The translations under genes and the position numbers were made by a program. Shown here in pieces: positions 54,501-63,271 of a stretch of 64,000 nucleotides of DNA. Numbering within the stretch: the first letter of the stretch is position 1; each line of letters starts with the position of its first letter. The DNA comes from a virus. Lineage: Duplodnaviria > Caudoviricetes. The notes beneath the pieces are model-generated. The model saw nothing but the letters and a program-made list of their open reading frames with translations. It was not told the DNA's origin and searched no databases. The DNA is taken from positions 4,804 through 68,803 of IMG/VR virus record IMGVR_UViG_3300014204_000181; one strand, 5' to 3'.

Positions 54501-54616
54501 CGTGGCCTCCTTTCAATATTTAAAATAGAAGTAGATAAGAGTAACGATAACCAAGCCAATAGTTACACCATGGATTACCTGTACGATATTTGGGCCTATG
54601 TCTATAATCATCCCTT
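54484..54616. repeat. 133-bp direct repeat, copy 1 (copy 2 at 55396-55528)
   Basis: Near-identical segments 912 bp apart, each with a micro-ORF, RBS and next-gene start. Confidence 0.9.
54513..54611 (-). CDS. 32-aa membrane micro-protein (MIIDIGPNIVQVIHGVTIGLVIVTLIYFYFKY)
   Basis: GGAGG RBS; duplicated at 55425-55523. Confidence 0.6.
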   Translation of the reverse strand: MIIDIGPNIVQVIHGVTIGLVIVTLIYFYFKY

Positions 54617-54830
54617 ACCTCCTTGCAAATTTCTCCCTTTTTCTTAATCTGTCCGTTTCTGTTATATCGCGCCACGCTCTAAAGATAATTTTTCTGCCCC
54701 TACCCCATTTGATATGCTTAAACTCCATTAAGTGAACAAGGCCACAGTCACAACAGGCAAAACGATAGTTCTTTTTAGTCGGCCTTTGCCACTCGCCTGC
54801 TTTAGTGGTCAAGTAACTTCGTTCCTTCAC
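54615..54830 (-). CDS. Small protein with CCDCGLVH motif
   Basis: GTG start in the shared 17-bp cassette; putative metal-binding motif. Confidence 0.65.
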   Translation of the reverse strand: MKERSYLTTKAGEWQRPTKKNYRFACCDCGLVHLMEFKHIKWGRGRKIIFRAWRDITETDRLRKREKFARR

Positions 54831-55018
54831 CGTGGCCTCCTTTTCCTGTGCGGCTTCTTTAAACATTTATCGCATATATTTTCTTCTCCACAACACTTTT
54901 GGCATTCATCTCTGTCTGTACAAAAATCCTTGCCACATACCGTACATTTTCTGTTTGGTGTAGATATTCCGCTTCCCATTTCTGATCTATCGTATGTTAT
55001 GCATCTAGCTGGTCTCAT
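54827..55018 (-). CDS. Cys-rich putative zinc-finger micro-protein
   Basis: CTVC, CQKCC, CDKC; the stop overlaps the next GTG. Confidence 0.55.
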   Translation of the reverse strand: MRPARCITYDRSEMGSGISTPNRKCTVCGKDFCTDRDECQKCCGEENICDKCLKKPHRKRRPR

Positions 55019-55412
55019 CTTTTCTCTCCTTCATCTGCATCGCATGAATGTAGCACTTCAATGCTCTAACTATGTATTCGTCTGCATCCTCAACAGGTGG
55101 ACACTCAGCGGGACAAGCAAGGATTGTGTGTATGGTGAGTAACTCGTCATGACAGGCTTTGTCCCTCACCTCGGCTTGCCCTGCCCGTTCTACAATAGGG
55201 CAAAATGGACACTTGCAGTCTTTCTCCATACCTCTTATTCGCTCTATCTCCCCTTCCCGCTCTTCAATGGCGGTGAGGAGGTCTGCATTTGCTTTCTTTT
55301 CCTGTTGCCATAGATCGTACCATCCATTCTTGGCGGCTGTTTCTACCTTGATACAATCTCCCACCTCGTTATAATAATATATTGCCCCTTCCTTTTCTTC
55401 AATCCTGTTCAC
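55005..55412 (-). CDS. Mosaic small protein (VNRIEE family, copy B)
   Basis: LLTAIEEREGEIE; CKCPFC insert. Confidence 0.65.
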   Translation of the reverse strand: MNRIEEKEGAIYYYNEVGDCIKVETAAKNGWYDLWQQEKKANADLLTAIEEREGEIERIRGMEKDCKCPFCPIVERAGQAEVRDKACHDELLTIHTILACPAECPPVEDADEYIVRALKCYIHAMQMKERKDETS

Positions 55413-55528
55413 CGTGGCCTCCTTTTAATATTTACACCAGAAGTAGATAAGAGTAACTATAACCAAACCAATAGTTACACCATTGATTACCTGTACGATA
55501 TTTGGGCCTATGTCTATAATCATCCCTT
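55396..55528. repeat. 133-bp direct repeat, copy 2
   Basis: Matches 54484-54616 with a few substitutions. Confidence 0.9.
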
Positions 55529-55691
55529 CCCCCCTTTCAGCCAAATTAGCAACTCGGCGGCGTCTGCGATATTTTCCGTACTCGCTATAAACATTAACCA
55601 ATCTTTTAATTCTGTGTTGTAGTAGCCAACCCTGCCACCAACTTTTGGTGAGCAACTTCCTTTCCTGTTCAGTTTTTCTTTCATGTTTCAT
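55425..55691 (-). CDS. Small protein fused in frame to the second copy of the MIIDIG membrane peptide
   Basis: Start at ATG 55691 overlaps the end of the upstream gene; internal ATG at 55523. Confidence 0.5.
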   Translation of the reverse strand: MKHERKTEQERKLLTKSWWQGWLLQHRIKRLVNVYSEYGKYRRRRRVANLAERGEGMIIDIGPNIVQVINGVTIGLVIVTLIYFWCKY

Positions 55692-55980
55692 CTCCGTTAA
55701 ACCCTTCGGGGAATATTTTGTAATCAATAGGGTGTTTTCTCAATCCCTCGTTAATTCTACGCTCTAGTTCCCTTCCCTGTTCAATACACAAATCAGACCA
55801 TCCAAGTCTTAATTTTGTCCAATTACCTGTTTTCCCTTCTTTTAGAAACTCTGCAAAGTTCCCAAATGTTTCCTCGAACTCCGGCAAGGAAATAAAATGA
55901 ACAACATCAAGATCGCGTGGGAGCTTCTTTGTCAATGTGCTTCCTACGATAACTATTTTTCCTGATGTAAATTTAATCAT
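55681..55980 (-). CDS. Hypothetical protein (possible minimal nucleotidyltransferase-like fold)
   Basis: IVGSTLTKKLPRDLDVV resembles a GS...DxD motif; GGAGG-type RBS. Confidence 0.5.
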   Translation of the reverse strand: MIKFTSGKIVIVGSTLTKKLPRDLDVVHFISLPEFEETFGNFAEFLKEGKTGNWTKLRLGWSDLCIEQGRELERRINEGLRKHPIDYKIFPEGFNGDET

Positions 55981-56030
55981 CCCTTCCTCCCTTCAGCCAC
56001 CCTGCTGCCAATTTTGCGAAGCGGGTGGGG

Positions 56031-56183
56031 TTATTTCTTTTTAAATACTTCCTCTAATGCCTTGATTCCGTTCTTGCCTAACACGAAGCCGCTGACGGGT
56101 TCCTTGCGAGTCCACATATCCTTTATGAGTTTATCGTAAGATTCCCTTGTCAACTTCCTCTCCTGTTCGGTCAGGTCGTTCAT
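56031..56183 (-). CDS. Hypothetical protein
   Basis: ATG 56183 after GGAGG; begins MNDLTEQERKL. Confidence 0.55.
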   Translation of the reverse strand: MNDLTEQERKLTRESYDKLIKDMWTRKEPVSGFVLGKNGIKALEEVFKKK

Positions 56184-56377
56184 AGCTTGCCTCCTAATCC
56201 GCAGTAACCCCTGCCGTTGGGATAGCCCTCTTTTATTACCCACCGCCACATCATACACTCAGAGGCGAGGCAGTTCGATTTATAGTCGGAATAATCAATG
56301 GTATTTCTGTTCATGCCCATCACTTGAATATTGCGTGTCATTGGACACCATTTCTTTTTGGCTTCATCTTCTGTCAT
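56180..56377 (-). CDS. Small Cys-motif phage protein
   Basis: MTEDEAKKKWCP...CLASECMMWRW...GYCGLGG. Confidence 0.65.
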   Translation of the reverse strand: MTEDEAKKKWCPMTRNIQVMGMNRNTIDYSDYKSNCLASECMMWRWVIKEGYPNGRGYCGLGGKL

Positions 56378-56526
56378 AGTTTCCCCTCCTTGCCGCATTC
56401 TCCTTCTGTCGTTCTTTCTTTATTGGCATAGGCAATTGCATCATGGTGCGTACACCAACTGAAATAAACTCCCTTTCTTTCCCACTTACAATCCTCGCAC
56501 TTCCTCTCCGGTTTGGTCAGGTTCAT
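56374..56526 (-). CDS. 50-aa Cys-motif protein
   Basis: MNLTKPERKCEDC...WC...ECGKEGKL; ATGA overlaps at both ends; not in the track. Confidence 0.55.
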   Translation of the reverse strand: MNLTKPERKCEDCKWERKGVYFSWCTHHDAIAYANKERTTEGECGKEGKL

Positions 56527-57200
56527 GGTTTCAGCCTCTTTAAATTATGTTTTTCCCTTAACTCAATTCCGTATTCCTGGAGCTTGTCAACCAGGGCATG
56601 AATCTTTGATACTGTCGGCTCCGGCAATCCATGCCCTTTGCTGTCGGCACCCAGGTTGAGAAATTCCGGCCTGATCCTGTCGATCCATGCCGCAAGTATA
56701 TCCACATCAAAATCAAGGACAGGTTCAATGGTAACGAATTTGCGGCCGCTCACTTTTGTCATGGCTCGCATACGGGCCGATGGCGCAGGTGCTTTGCTGA
56801 TAGTCGGATTGTCCCTGTTGGTTTCAATGGTGCAACCCAGGATGTAATTTTTAGGGACCGCCGCATAATCAAGGTACCTGTCAGGGTTTTTGGTCTGGAA
56901 GACATAGGTGTTATGCGGGTACTGATCGCAATGTGAAATTATCCGCTGAATAAAGAGCTGTGGCACATCTTCCGCGAAAAGATCATTGCAATTTTCTATG
57001 AAGATTGTTTTCCCTGATCCGTAATCAACCCGAAATTCCTTCTCTATCAGGCGTAACGGCCCCTGATATCTTGCAGGTCTTCCCCACTTTGGATTTTCCA
57101 CATAACAGTAAACGCACTTGTGTGGGCATTCACCGCCCAGGTGGGTATGGGTATGAGTAACCCAGGGATACATATTACCGACACTTTCTTTCAATGGCAT
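56523..57200 (-). CDS. DUF5131 (Gp37/Gp68-like) radical SAM-fold protein
   Basis: GECPHKCVYCY, IFIENCNDLF, FQTKNP, FVTIEPVL. Confidence 0.85.
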   Translation of the reverse strand: MPLKESVGNMYPWVTHTHTHLGGECPHKCVYCYVENPKWGRPARYQGPLRLIEKEFRVDYGSGKTIFIENCNDLFAEDVPQLFIQRIISHCDQYPHNTYVFQTKNPDRYLDYAAVPKNYILGCTIETNRDNPTISKAPAPSARMRAMTKVSGRKFVTIEPVLDFDVDILAAWIDRIRPEFLNLGADSKGHGLPEPTVSKIHALVDKLQEYGIELREKHNLKRLKP

Positions 57201-57219
57201 GGTGTACCGTCCTTTCAGA

Positions 57220-57432
57220 TTATGATAATGGTCCTTCTTTCATGATGTACCTTATGCTGTGCGGAAGAATAAAGAAACGGGCGTCACTCTTTTTGGTAAA
57301 GACAAGATCATCATTTACCCAAAATCCGTTTATGAAATCAAGGATACTTTCGCCCCAGGCATGACGGTGCTTTTCTTCAAAAACATACTCGCACCGGTAC
57401 CTCAACTTCTTCATGCTAACCTCCGTAGCCAC
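57220..57432 (-). CDS. Hypothetical protein
   Basis: 70 aa, overlaps the end of the CmcI-like gene. Confidence 0.5.
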   Translation of the reverse strand: MATEVSMKKLRYRCEYVFEEKHRHAWGESILDFINGFWVNDDLVFTKKSDARFFILPHSIRYIMKEGPLS

Positions 57433-58172
57433 CCGCCTGGCGCCGCGGTAATCATTGCCCGTTGTTCAATTTCCCTGTCGACAACAAACCTCTTATCGCG
57501 TGACATAAACTCCTGGACCGCCGTATAGGGATTATCCCCAGGGCCCCAGGGCCTATCTGCCGGCTTCTCTTTCATCATCAGCTCAATAGCGGTATCGAAG
57601 ACGATCATGTAACTGCCAGGAGAAACAAAACACGAATACAGGGCCAGCTCCTGCATGACGTGACTGTGGGTATGGTTGGAGTCCAGGCACACCATTACCG
57701 TCTGCAGGATATTCTTTCCAATAACTGTCCCTATTAAATCTATGACGGTGGTTGCTATACTATCGCCGGTAACGGGCGTGATCCGGCCTGACAGTGGATG
57801 CCGCTCCAGGGCCCTCCGGTTATGGTAACGCAAATCATTGTCAACAGTGATTACGCGCCCCTTCCCCATAGCTTCCAGGATCGACGCATAAAATACCGCC
57901 GTGCCGCCGAATGCCGTACCCGTTTCAATAATCAGGTCCGGCTCCAACTTCCATATAAGCTCCTGGAGCACCATCAAGTCTGTGGGATACTGGATGATCG
58001 GCCGGCCCATCCAGGTATAGCGCTTGGTGAAATCAATCTCCACCAGGTATTCCGTGAAGGTACGGATTATCCCCCGATCTGCCCATGCTTGGTTAATCGA
58101 CGTTTTCTGTTCGCTTTCCTTTATGTATTTTTCTACATATTCGCATTTCTTCCAGTCCGGTACCTTTATCAT
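57411..58172 (-). CDS. CmcI-family (cephalosporin hydroxylase-like / sugar O-methyltransferase) protein
   Basis: YTWMGRPIIQYPTD, EPDLIIETGTAFGG, CLDSNHTHSHVMQEL, GDNPYTAV. Confidence 0.9.
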   Translation of the reverse strand: MIKVPDWKKCEYVEKYIKESEQKTSINQAWADRGIIRTFTEYLVEIDFTKRYTWMGRPIIQYPTDLMVLQELIWKLEPDLIIETGTAFGGTAVFYASILEAMGKGRVITVDNDLRYHNRRALERHPLSGRITPVTGDSIATTVIDLIGTVIGKNILQTVMVCLDSNHTHSHVMQELALYSCFVSPGSYMIVFDTAIELMMKEKPADRPWGPGDNPYTAVQEFMSRDKRFVVDREIEQRAMITAAPGGWLRRLA

Positions 58173-59740
58173 ATCCTCACCCCCAGTATATCCGCTCGTT
58201 TTCTCCAGAGCTCACTCTTCCCCAGGATGCTCAAGAATCGCCCATACTCGTAATTCCCCGTCCGGTACAGTTTCTTTTTGCACAGGGACATACAGTAATA
58301 AGCGAAGGCGTGATCCTTGTACCGCTGCAGCACGTCCTCGAAACACTTGAGCGCCGTCGTATAATCCCCCATGGCCATGCGTTGATTATGCAGGAAATTT
58401 ACATCCAGGTTCATCAAATAAACTTCCTCTTCCAACTCTGCAGGATCAACCCCAGGGACATTGATAATATACTTCTTGTCCACAATGTCCTCGATCCGCT
58501 GTTTCTTGATCCATCCGTTGGCCAGGCACCGGTCATACAGCGCACTGCCTCTTACCGGTGTCGCCATGTTGAGCCCTGCCCAGTCCAGTTTTATCTCGCG
58601 CAGGAAGTCCAGGGTTTCTTCCCGATGTTCGGGCGTTTCTCCAGGCATGCCCATGACGAAGAATCCATGGATAAAGAAGTTGTATTGCCGGAGCATATCC
58701 ACCACCGGCTTTACCTGCTCGAGCTTGAGCGGTTTCCGGATCAATTCCTTGAGCACGTACGGACTACCGTTTTCAATGGCCAGGTAGATTGTATCCATGC
58801 CGGCTTCCTGCATGAGAAAGCATAGCTCTTCGTCCATGTAGGCAACAGACACGCCGTTAGGCAACTCCACCCTGATATGAAACTTCGCCAGCTCGCGGAA
58901 GAGGTCCTTTGCCCTGTCAGTGTCCAGCAATATTTGGTCGTCGTAGATCGTGAGCACTTCCATTCCGTAATGATGAACCAGGTAACCAACATGATCCATT
59001 ATGTTATATATACTGGCCTGTCTTACCTGCTTCCCGTGTATCATCGAATTGCTGCAGAAGGTGCACTGAAACGGGCAGCCCCTACTGGTCATAAGGAAAA
59101 ATTGCCGCTTGTTCTGGTTGTCGATGAATGGTGAAAAGGCCTGTTTCATCTTGTACGCATCAACGTCGACGTAGCCATAAGCAAGATCAATCACGTCATT
59201 GAGATTATAGACAAAGGATGGCTTAACGGGCCGCCTGTTTCCCAGTGATTCTCGAGTTACCCAGGAGTAATGATGATCCAACGTGTATTGCCATTCCGAC
59301 GAATACTTTATCAAATCCTGTATGGGTAATTCACCTTCACCAAAACAAACCGCATCCAGCTCCGGCTGATCCTTAAGGATTTCCTCGTATGAATAAGACG
59401 CGGCGGCGCCCCCCAGGAGCGTGACTGCTTTGCAATTCATATCCTTGACAAGCCCCAGTAGCCGGCGCAGGTGCTTATATGAATTGTCGAACATCATGGA
59501 AAACCCGACGATATCCGGCTGATAGGTTTTCATTAATTCCTTTATCGTCATTCCATAAGACGCCGGATCGGGATAGTTGTTCAGATCAACCACCAGAAAA
59601 TTAGCGTTGGCATCGTTATAGCTGACAAGGGACAGGACGCCATACGGGAAGGCGTGATAACTCCGAATCTTCGCGCCGGTACTGTCCGTTTCCACCATGT
59701 ACGGCAATACAACCATGAGAATTGTCGGGTTATCCCGCAT
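58169..59740 (-). CDS. B12-binding radical SAM protein
   Basis: PYGVLSL, PDIVGFS, GEGE, TSRGCPFQCTFC, FFVMGMPGET. Confidence 0.9.
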   Translation of the reverse strand: MRDNPTILMVVLPYMVETDSTGAKIRSYHAFPYGVLSLVSYNDANANFLVVDLNNYPDPASYGMTIKELMKTYQPDIVGFSMMFDNSYKHLRRLLGLVKDMNCKAVTLLGGAAASYSYEEILKDQPELDAVCFGEGELPIQDLIKYSSEWQYTLDHHYSWVTRESLGNRRPVKPSFVYNLNDVIDLAYGYVDVDAYKMKQAFSPFIDNQNKRQFFLMTSRGCPFQCTFCSNSMIHGKQVRQASIYNIMDHVGYLVHHYGMEVLTIYDDQILLDTDRAKDLFRELAKFHIRVELPNGVSVAYMDEELCFLMQEAGMDTIYLAIENGSPYVLKELIRKPLKLEQVKPVVDMLRQYNFFIHGFFVMGMPGETPEHREETLDFLREIKLDWAGLNMATPVRGSALYDRCLANGWIKKQRIEDIVDKKYIINVPGVDPAELEEEVYLMNLDVNFLHNQRMAMGDYTTALKCFEDVLQRYKDHAFAYYCMSLCKKKLYRTGNYEYGRFLSILGKSELWRKRADILGVRI

Positions 59741-60779
59741 AGAACATTACCTCCTTGAATATCTTGTGCCAGTGTTCGATCATTATGTTCATATCGTACA
59801 AGGAATTGGCGTGCATCCTGGCGCGATAGGAATGATCCATCCTTTTGTCAGGCATTCTGTGAAGCATATTGACATAATGTTGCATTTCCTCAATATTCTT
59901 ACACAGGAATCCTGTTCCTTGAGATATGATTAACTGTTCAGCACCATTGTCAAACGCAACCGGAACAACACCCGCGGCCATCGCTTCCCCCAGGACTTGT
60001 TCACATGTACCATAATGATCGGAACGCAGGGGATACAGGAAAACATCCAGGCTGGCCATGAAGCCAGGAACATCGTCAATATGTCCCAGGAAATCAATGT
60101 ACGGATATTCCGTTTTTGAGGGGATAAATGCCGGCTCACCACCGACGTAGAAATTCGCTTCCGGTATAACGTCATGAATGCAAGCACAAATTTTCAGGAA
60201 ATCGCCGCTCATTTTTTTATAGTCAACCGTTCCGAGATACCCGATATTAAATCCCATGGTACTGTCGCGTTTAATATTAATGAAATCCTCGATACCACCA
60301 GTAGACCAGACATTATCCAGGTGCACATGCCGTTTGTTAATAATATCCGCGACAACTATCGGATAATTATACTGTTCTATCCCTCTATCCTTGAAAATGA
60401 TCGGTGACGTGGCAACGAAGTAATCCGGCCGGAAAAAATCATCAACGGGAATCTGGAAATTCTTATGGCACCAGTAAATCAGGTTCTTTTTAGTATGCCG
60501 GTAATTCTCCATGAAATTAACCAGCATGCGGTGGTCCCAATAATGGACAAGCACGATATCATATGCGTGAATGATTTTGTAGAAGTCGTCCAGCAGGTGA
60601 TCTTTCATAACGTTCTCGAATGCTGGAATACCGTTTTTCCAAATAATCTCTTTTGCCCAGTCATTGATATAATCCAGTACCGCGATAACGTGATGACATT
60701 CCTGGTCACGTTTAACCCAGTTAAGTAACACCCTGCCGACGCCGCCGCCCAGGTGTGGTGTAATGTGTAATATTTTCAT
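59730..60779 (-). CDS. Glycosyltransferase family 4
   Basis: MKILHITPHLGGG, FLGHIDDVPGFMASLDVF, GEAMAAGVVPV. Confidence 0.88.
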   Translation of the reverse strand: MKILHITPHLGGGVGRVLLNWVKRDQECHHVIAVLDYINDWAKEIIWKNGIPAFENVMKDHLLDDFYKIIHAYDIVLVHYWDHRMLVNFMENYRHTKKNLIYWCHKNFQIPVDDFFRPDYFVATSPIIFKDRGIEQYNYPIVVADIINKRHVHLDNVWSTGGIEDFINIKRDSTMGFNIGYLGTVDYKKMSGDFLKICACIHDVIPEANFYVGGEPAFIPSKTEYPYIDFLGHIDDVPGFMASLDVFLYPLRSDHYGTCEQVLGEAMAAGVVPVAFDNGAEQLIISQGTGFLCKNIEEMQHYVNMLHRMPDKRMDHSYRARMHANSLYDMNIMIEHWHKIFKEVMFYAG

Positions 60780-63271
60780 CCGTCCTCCTTCGTTATGTTG
60801 ATTTCTCCTAAATATTTTGCCTCTTTCCCATAGACCTTAATGGCCCCTTCCCCTCGTGTGATTACCACTCCCAGCTTTCCCAGCTCGAACGCTGGATGAT
60901 TGTAGTCAAGCTGATACTTTTCCCTGATAAGATAGCATAAATAAATATGCAGTTGATTTCTGATCTGGTTCCAGTGTTCGCCCCAGCCGATACCTTCTAT
61001 CTCTTTCCATTCCTTGTTGTAGTCTTTACAGTTAAGTATTTCCTCTTCGCGTTCTGTAGAAATAAGTTTAGCTATATTTACCCATATGTCTATCCACACA
61101 AGCTCCCAGGTCTGCACGCCCATCTGTGCACCTATCCGAGCTCCTATATGGCTCCCGATTTTTCTGTCGATTGTTTTTTCTACTTCACATAATATTAAAA
61201 ACAATTTCCATGGATCGGGCATTTCTGTAGCCGTCAGCAATCCCTCGTCCTTCCATAATGGCCGCGCTTCTTTGATCTGGATTGCCGGCTGAATGTTTTT
61301 CCCCAGTATTCGGCTATCACAGTAATCACAGGCGTTCATGCTCTTTTTCGAATGAATATATTCCCTGATCGTTCCACCTGGGACGGTTACAATATCTAAT
61401 CCCGCTTCTTCGAGCCCCAGTCGATAGGCACTGGCTGCAAAAGGACACCGGAACAACTTCCCGTCTGTCATGGTAACCAGGTTCGTGGCGACACAGTTTT
61501 TAAACAGCTTGTTATTTTCTTCCGCAGAACGATTATTCTTACGAATATTCGCACAGTCGATCCAGGTATCAACATTGACAACCTTGTGCCATATTTTACG
61601 ATACTTGAAGTTATAAATAAGCTGTTCAATCTTCTTTGACAATGGCCCATAATTGGAAATCACAACAACAACTTTTCGGTGAATTAGGGCATCAATGTTC
61701 TTCGGCATAATCGTTCCGTTCGTGTAAACGACTACCCGCTTGATCTTAGCCTGGCTTGTCGCATATTGCACGATCTTCTCCCATTCCGGATGCATGAATG
61801 CGTCACCGCCGAGTATTCTGGCTTCCATTATTTCATCCACATTCAAAAGCAGGGAATGCAGGTCGCTTATTACTTCAAAAATGTTGATATCCCGAGGCTG
61901 TTGGAAATATTGCATGAGGTTAGAACAGTCCCGACACTTAAGCGAACACCGTTCAGTTATCATTATGTCCAGGCTACGAAGGAAGGTATAATCCTTCTTC
62001 ATGAATGCCTGGTGAGCGATTATGCATGATTCCGTCTGATAAAATTCCTCATTAATAATAAAGTCCGTATTGAATTGGCGTGTCTGCACTCCTTCAAGGA
62101 TAAGGCCCCCAGGTATCCAGTTATCGACATTTTGTTCATCCAGGGTTTCTACTACATCCTTTATTGAAAGCACAGAAATGATAAAGGTGCCAGGTAACCA
62201 CTGAACAGGGATTGCGGAAGATTCATAGACTGGCCGATCACAGCACAATTTCCCTTCTGCTTTATTTTTATCGTAATCTATAAATCCGATAATCTCTATT
62301 CCATGGAGCTTACAAACCTCAAAAATCCGTTGGCCAACAACGTCCGTACCGCATATAATTATCGGATAGTCACTTCTATTCAACATGTCTATTATAACAT
62401 CTTTCCTGCTGTGCATCCGGTAACTGTACACATTATCCATCTGGACCCCTTTTTCAGCAAACTCCTTTACCGTACGACTCAGGTTATCAATGAAGCGATC
62501 AACTGTCCGAAGAAAGCCGGTAGCTATGTTGTCATTATTGAAAAAATAGACATTCAACGCGTTTCGCAAGGGCTCAAGGCTGTGTGAATTATTATTAATC
62601 GCCGTAATACTGGAAGACTTATTATGCATCTGAAAACAGTATATCGGCTCGTCAATCACAGAAACACCGCTGGCAATAGTTAAGCACCCGATATTGAACA
62701 CGCCATCTTCTCCTACCTTTGTATTAATAAAAAAAAGGTGGTTATCATCGAGAAACTTTTTCTCGTACAGTCTTCCCCAGCAATGAGATACAAGATAGCA
62801 GTCATTGGTTAGCATATATTGCCGTACGCACAGAGAAATGCCTCCTTTATCCAGGAGCAGGCTTTTGATGTTGCCCATTCTGCAAGGTGGCGTATTTTTT
62901 ATAATGTATCCGGACGGTGATTGCCTGAATGCACTACCAACGACTATCGGAGCCCTGGACACTTCATAATCATCACGTAATGTCTGCAGTGCATGAGGCA
63001 GGATGTAATCATCAGCATCCAGAAAGAATATCAAGGACCCGCGGGCCTTCGCCATTCCGAAATTACGCGCTGCACCGACACCCATATTCGATTGCGTGAG
63101 AATCGTATAGTTTCGTTTCTTTGCCTTGCTTATTTCGGCAATACTGTTGTCCGTCGATCCATCGTCGACAATAATCAGCTCGAAATTAGCATATGTCTGT
63201 GCCATCACGCTCTGGATAGCGCGGCCGATAAACTTCTCCGCATTATATACCGGAATAATTACACTTATCAT
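60776..63271 (-). CDS. GT2 glycosyltransferase - Rossmann-like - radical SAM fusion protein
   Basis: MISVIIPVYN, VDDGSTD, FLDADD; IIICGTDVVG; ITERCSLKCRDC, GGDAFMHP. True start taken as ATG 63271 (ATGA overlap with the SemiSWEET stop). Confidence 0.82.
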   Translation of the reverse strand: MISVIIPVYNAEKFIGRAIQSVMAQTYANFELIIVDDGSTDNSIAEISKAKKRNYTILTQSNMGVGAARNFGMAKARGSLIFFLDADDYILPHALQTLRDDYEVSRAPIVVGSAFRQSPSGYIIKNTPPCRMGNIKSLLLDKGGISLCVRQYMLTNDCYLVSHCWGRLYEKKFLDDNHLFFINTKVGEDGVFNIGCLTIASGVSVIDEPIYCFQMHNKSSSITAINNNSHSLEPLRNALNVYFFNNDNIATGFLRTVDRFIDNLSRTVKEFAEKGVQMDNVYSYRMHSRKDVIIDMLNRSDYPIIICGTDVVGQRIFEVCKLHGIEIIGFIDYDKNKAEGKLCCDRPVYESSAIPVQWLPGTFIISVLSIKDVVETLDEQNVDNWIPGGLILEGVQTRQFNTDFIINEEFYQTESCIIAHQAFMKKDYTFLRSLDIMITERCSLKCRDCSNLMQYFQQPRDINIFEVISDLHSLLLNVDEIMEARILGGDAFMHPEWEKIVQYATSQAKIKRVVVYTNGTIMPKNIDALIHRKVVVVISNYGPLSKKIEQLIYNFKYRKIWHKVVNVDTWIDCANIRKNNRSAEENNKLFKNCVATNLVTMTDGKLFRCPFAASAYRLGLEEAGLDIVTVPGGTIREYIHSKKSMNACDYCDSRILGKNIQPAIQIKEARPLWKDEGLLTATEMPDPWKLFLILCEVEKTIDRKIGSHIGARIGAQMGVQTWELVWIDIWVNIAKLISTEREEEILNCKDYNKEWKEIEGIGWGEHWNQIRNQLHIYLCYLIREKYQLDYNHPAFELGKLGVVITRGEGAIKVYGKEAKYLGEINITKEDG

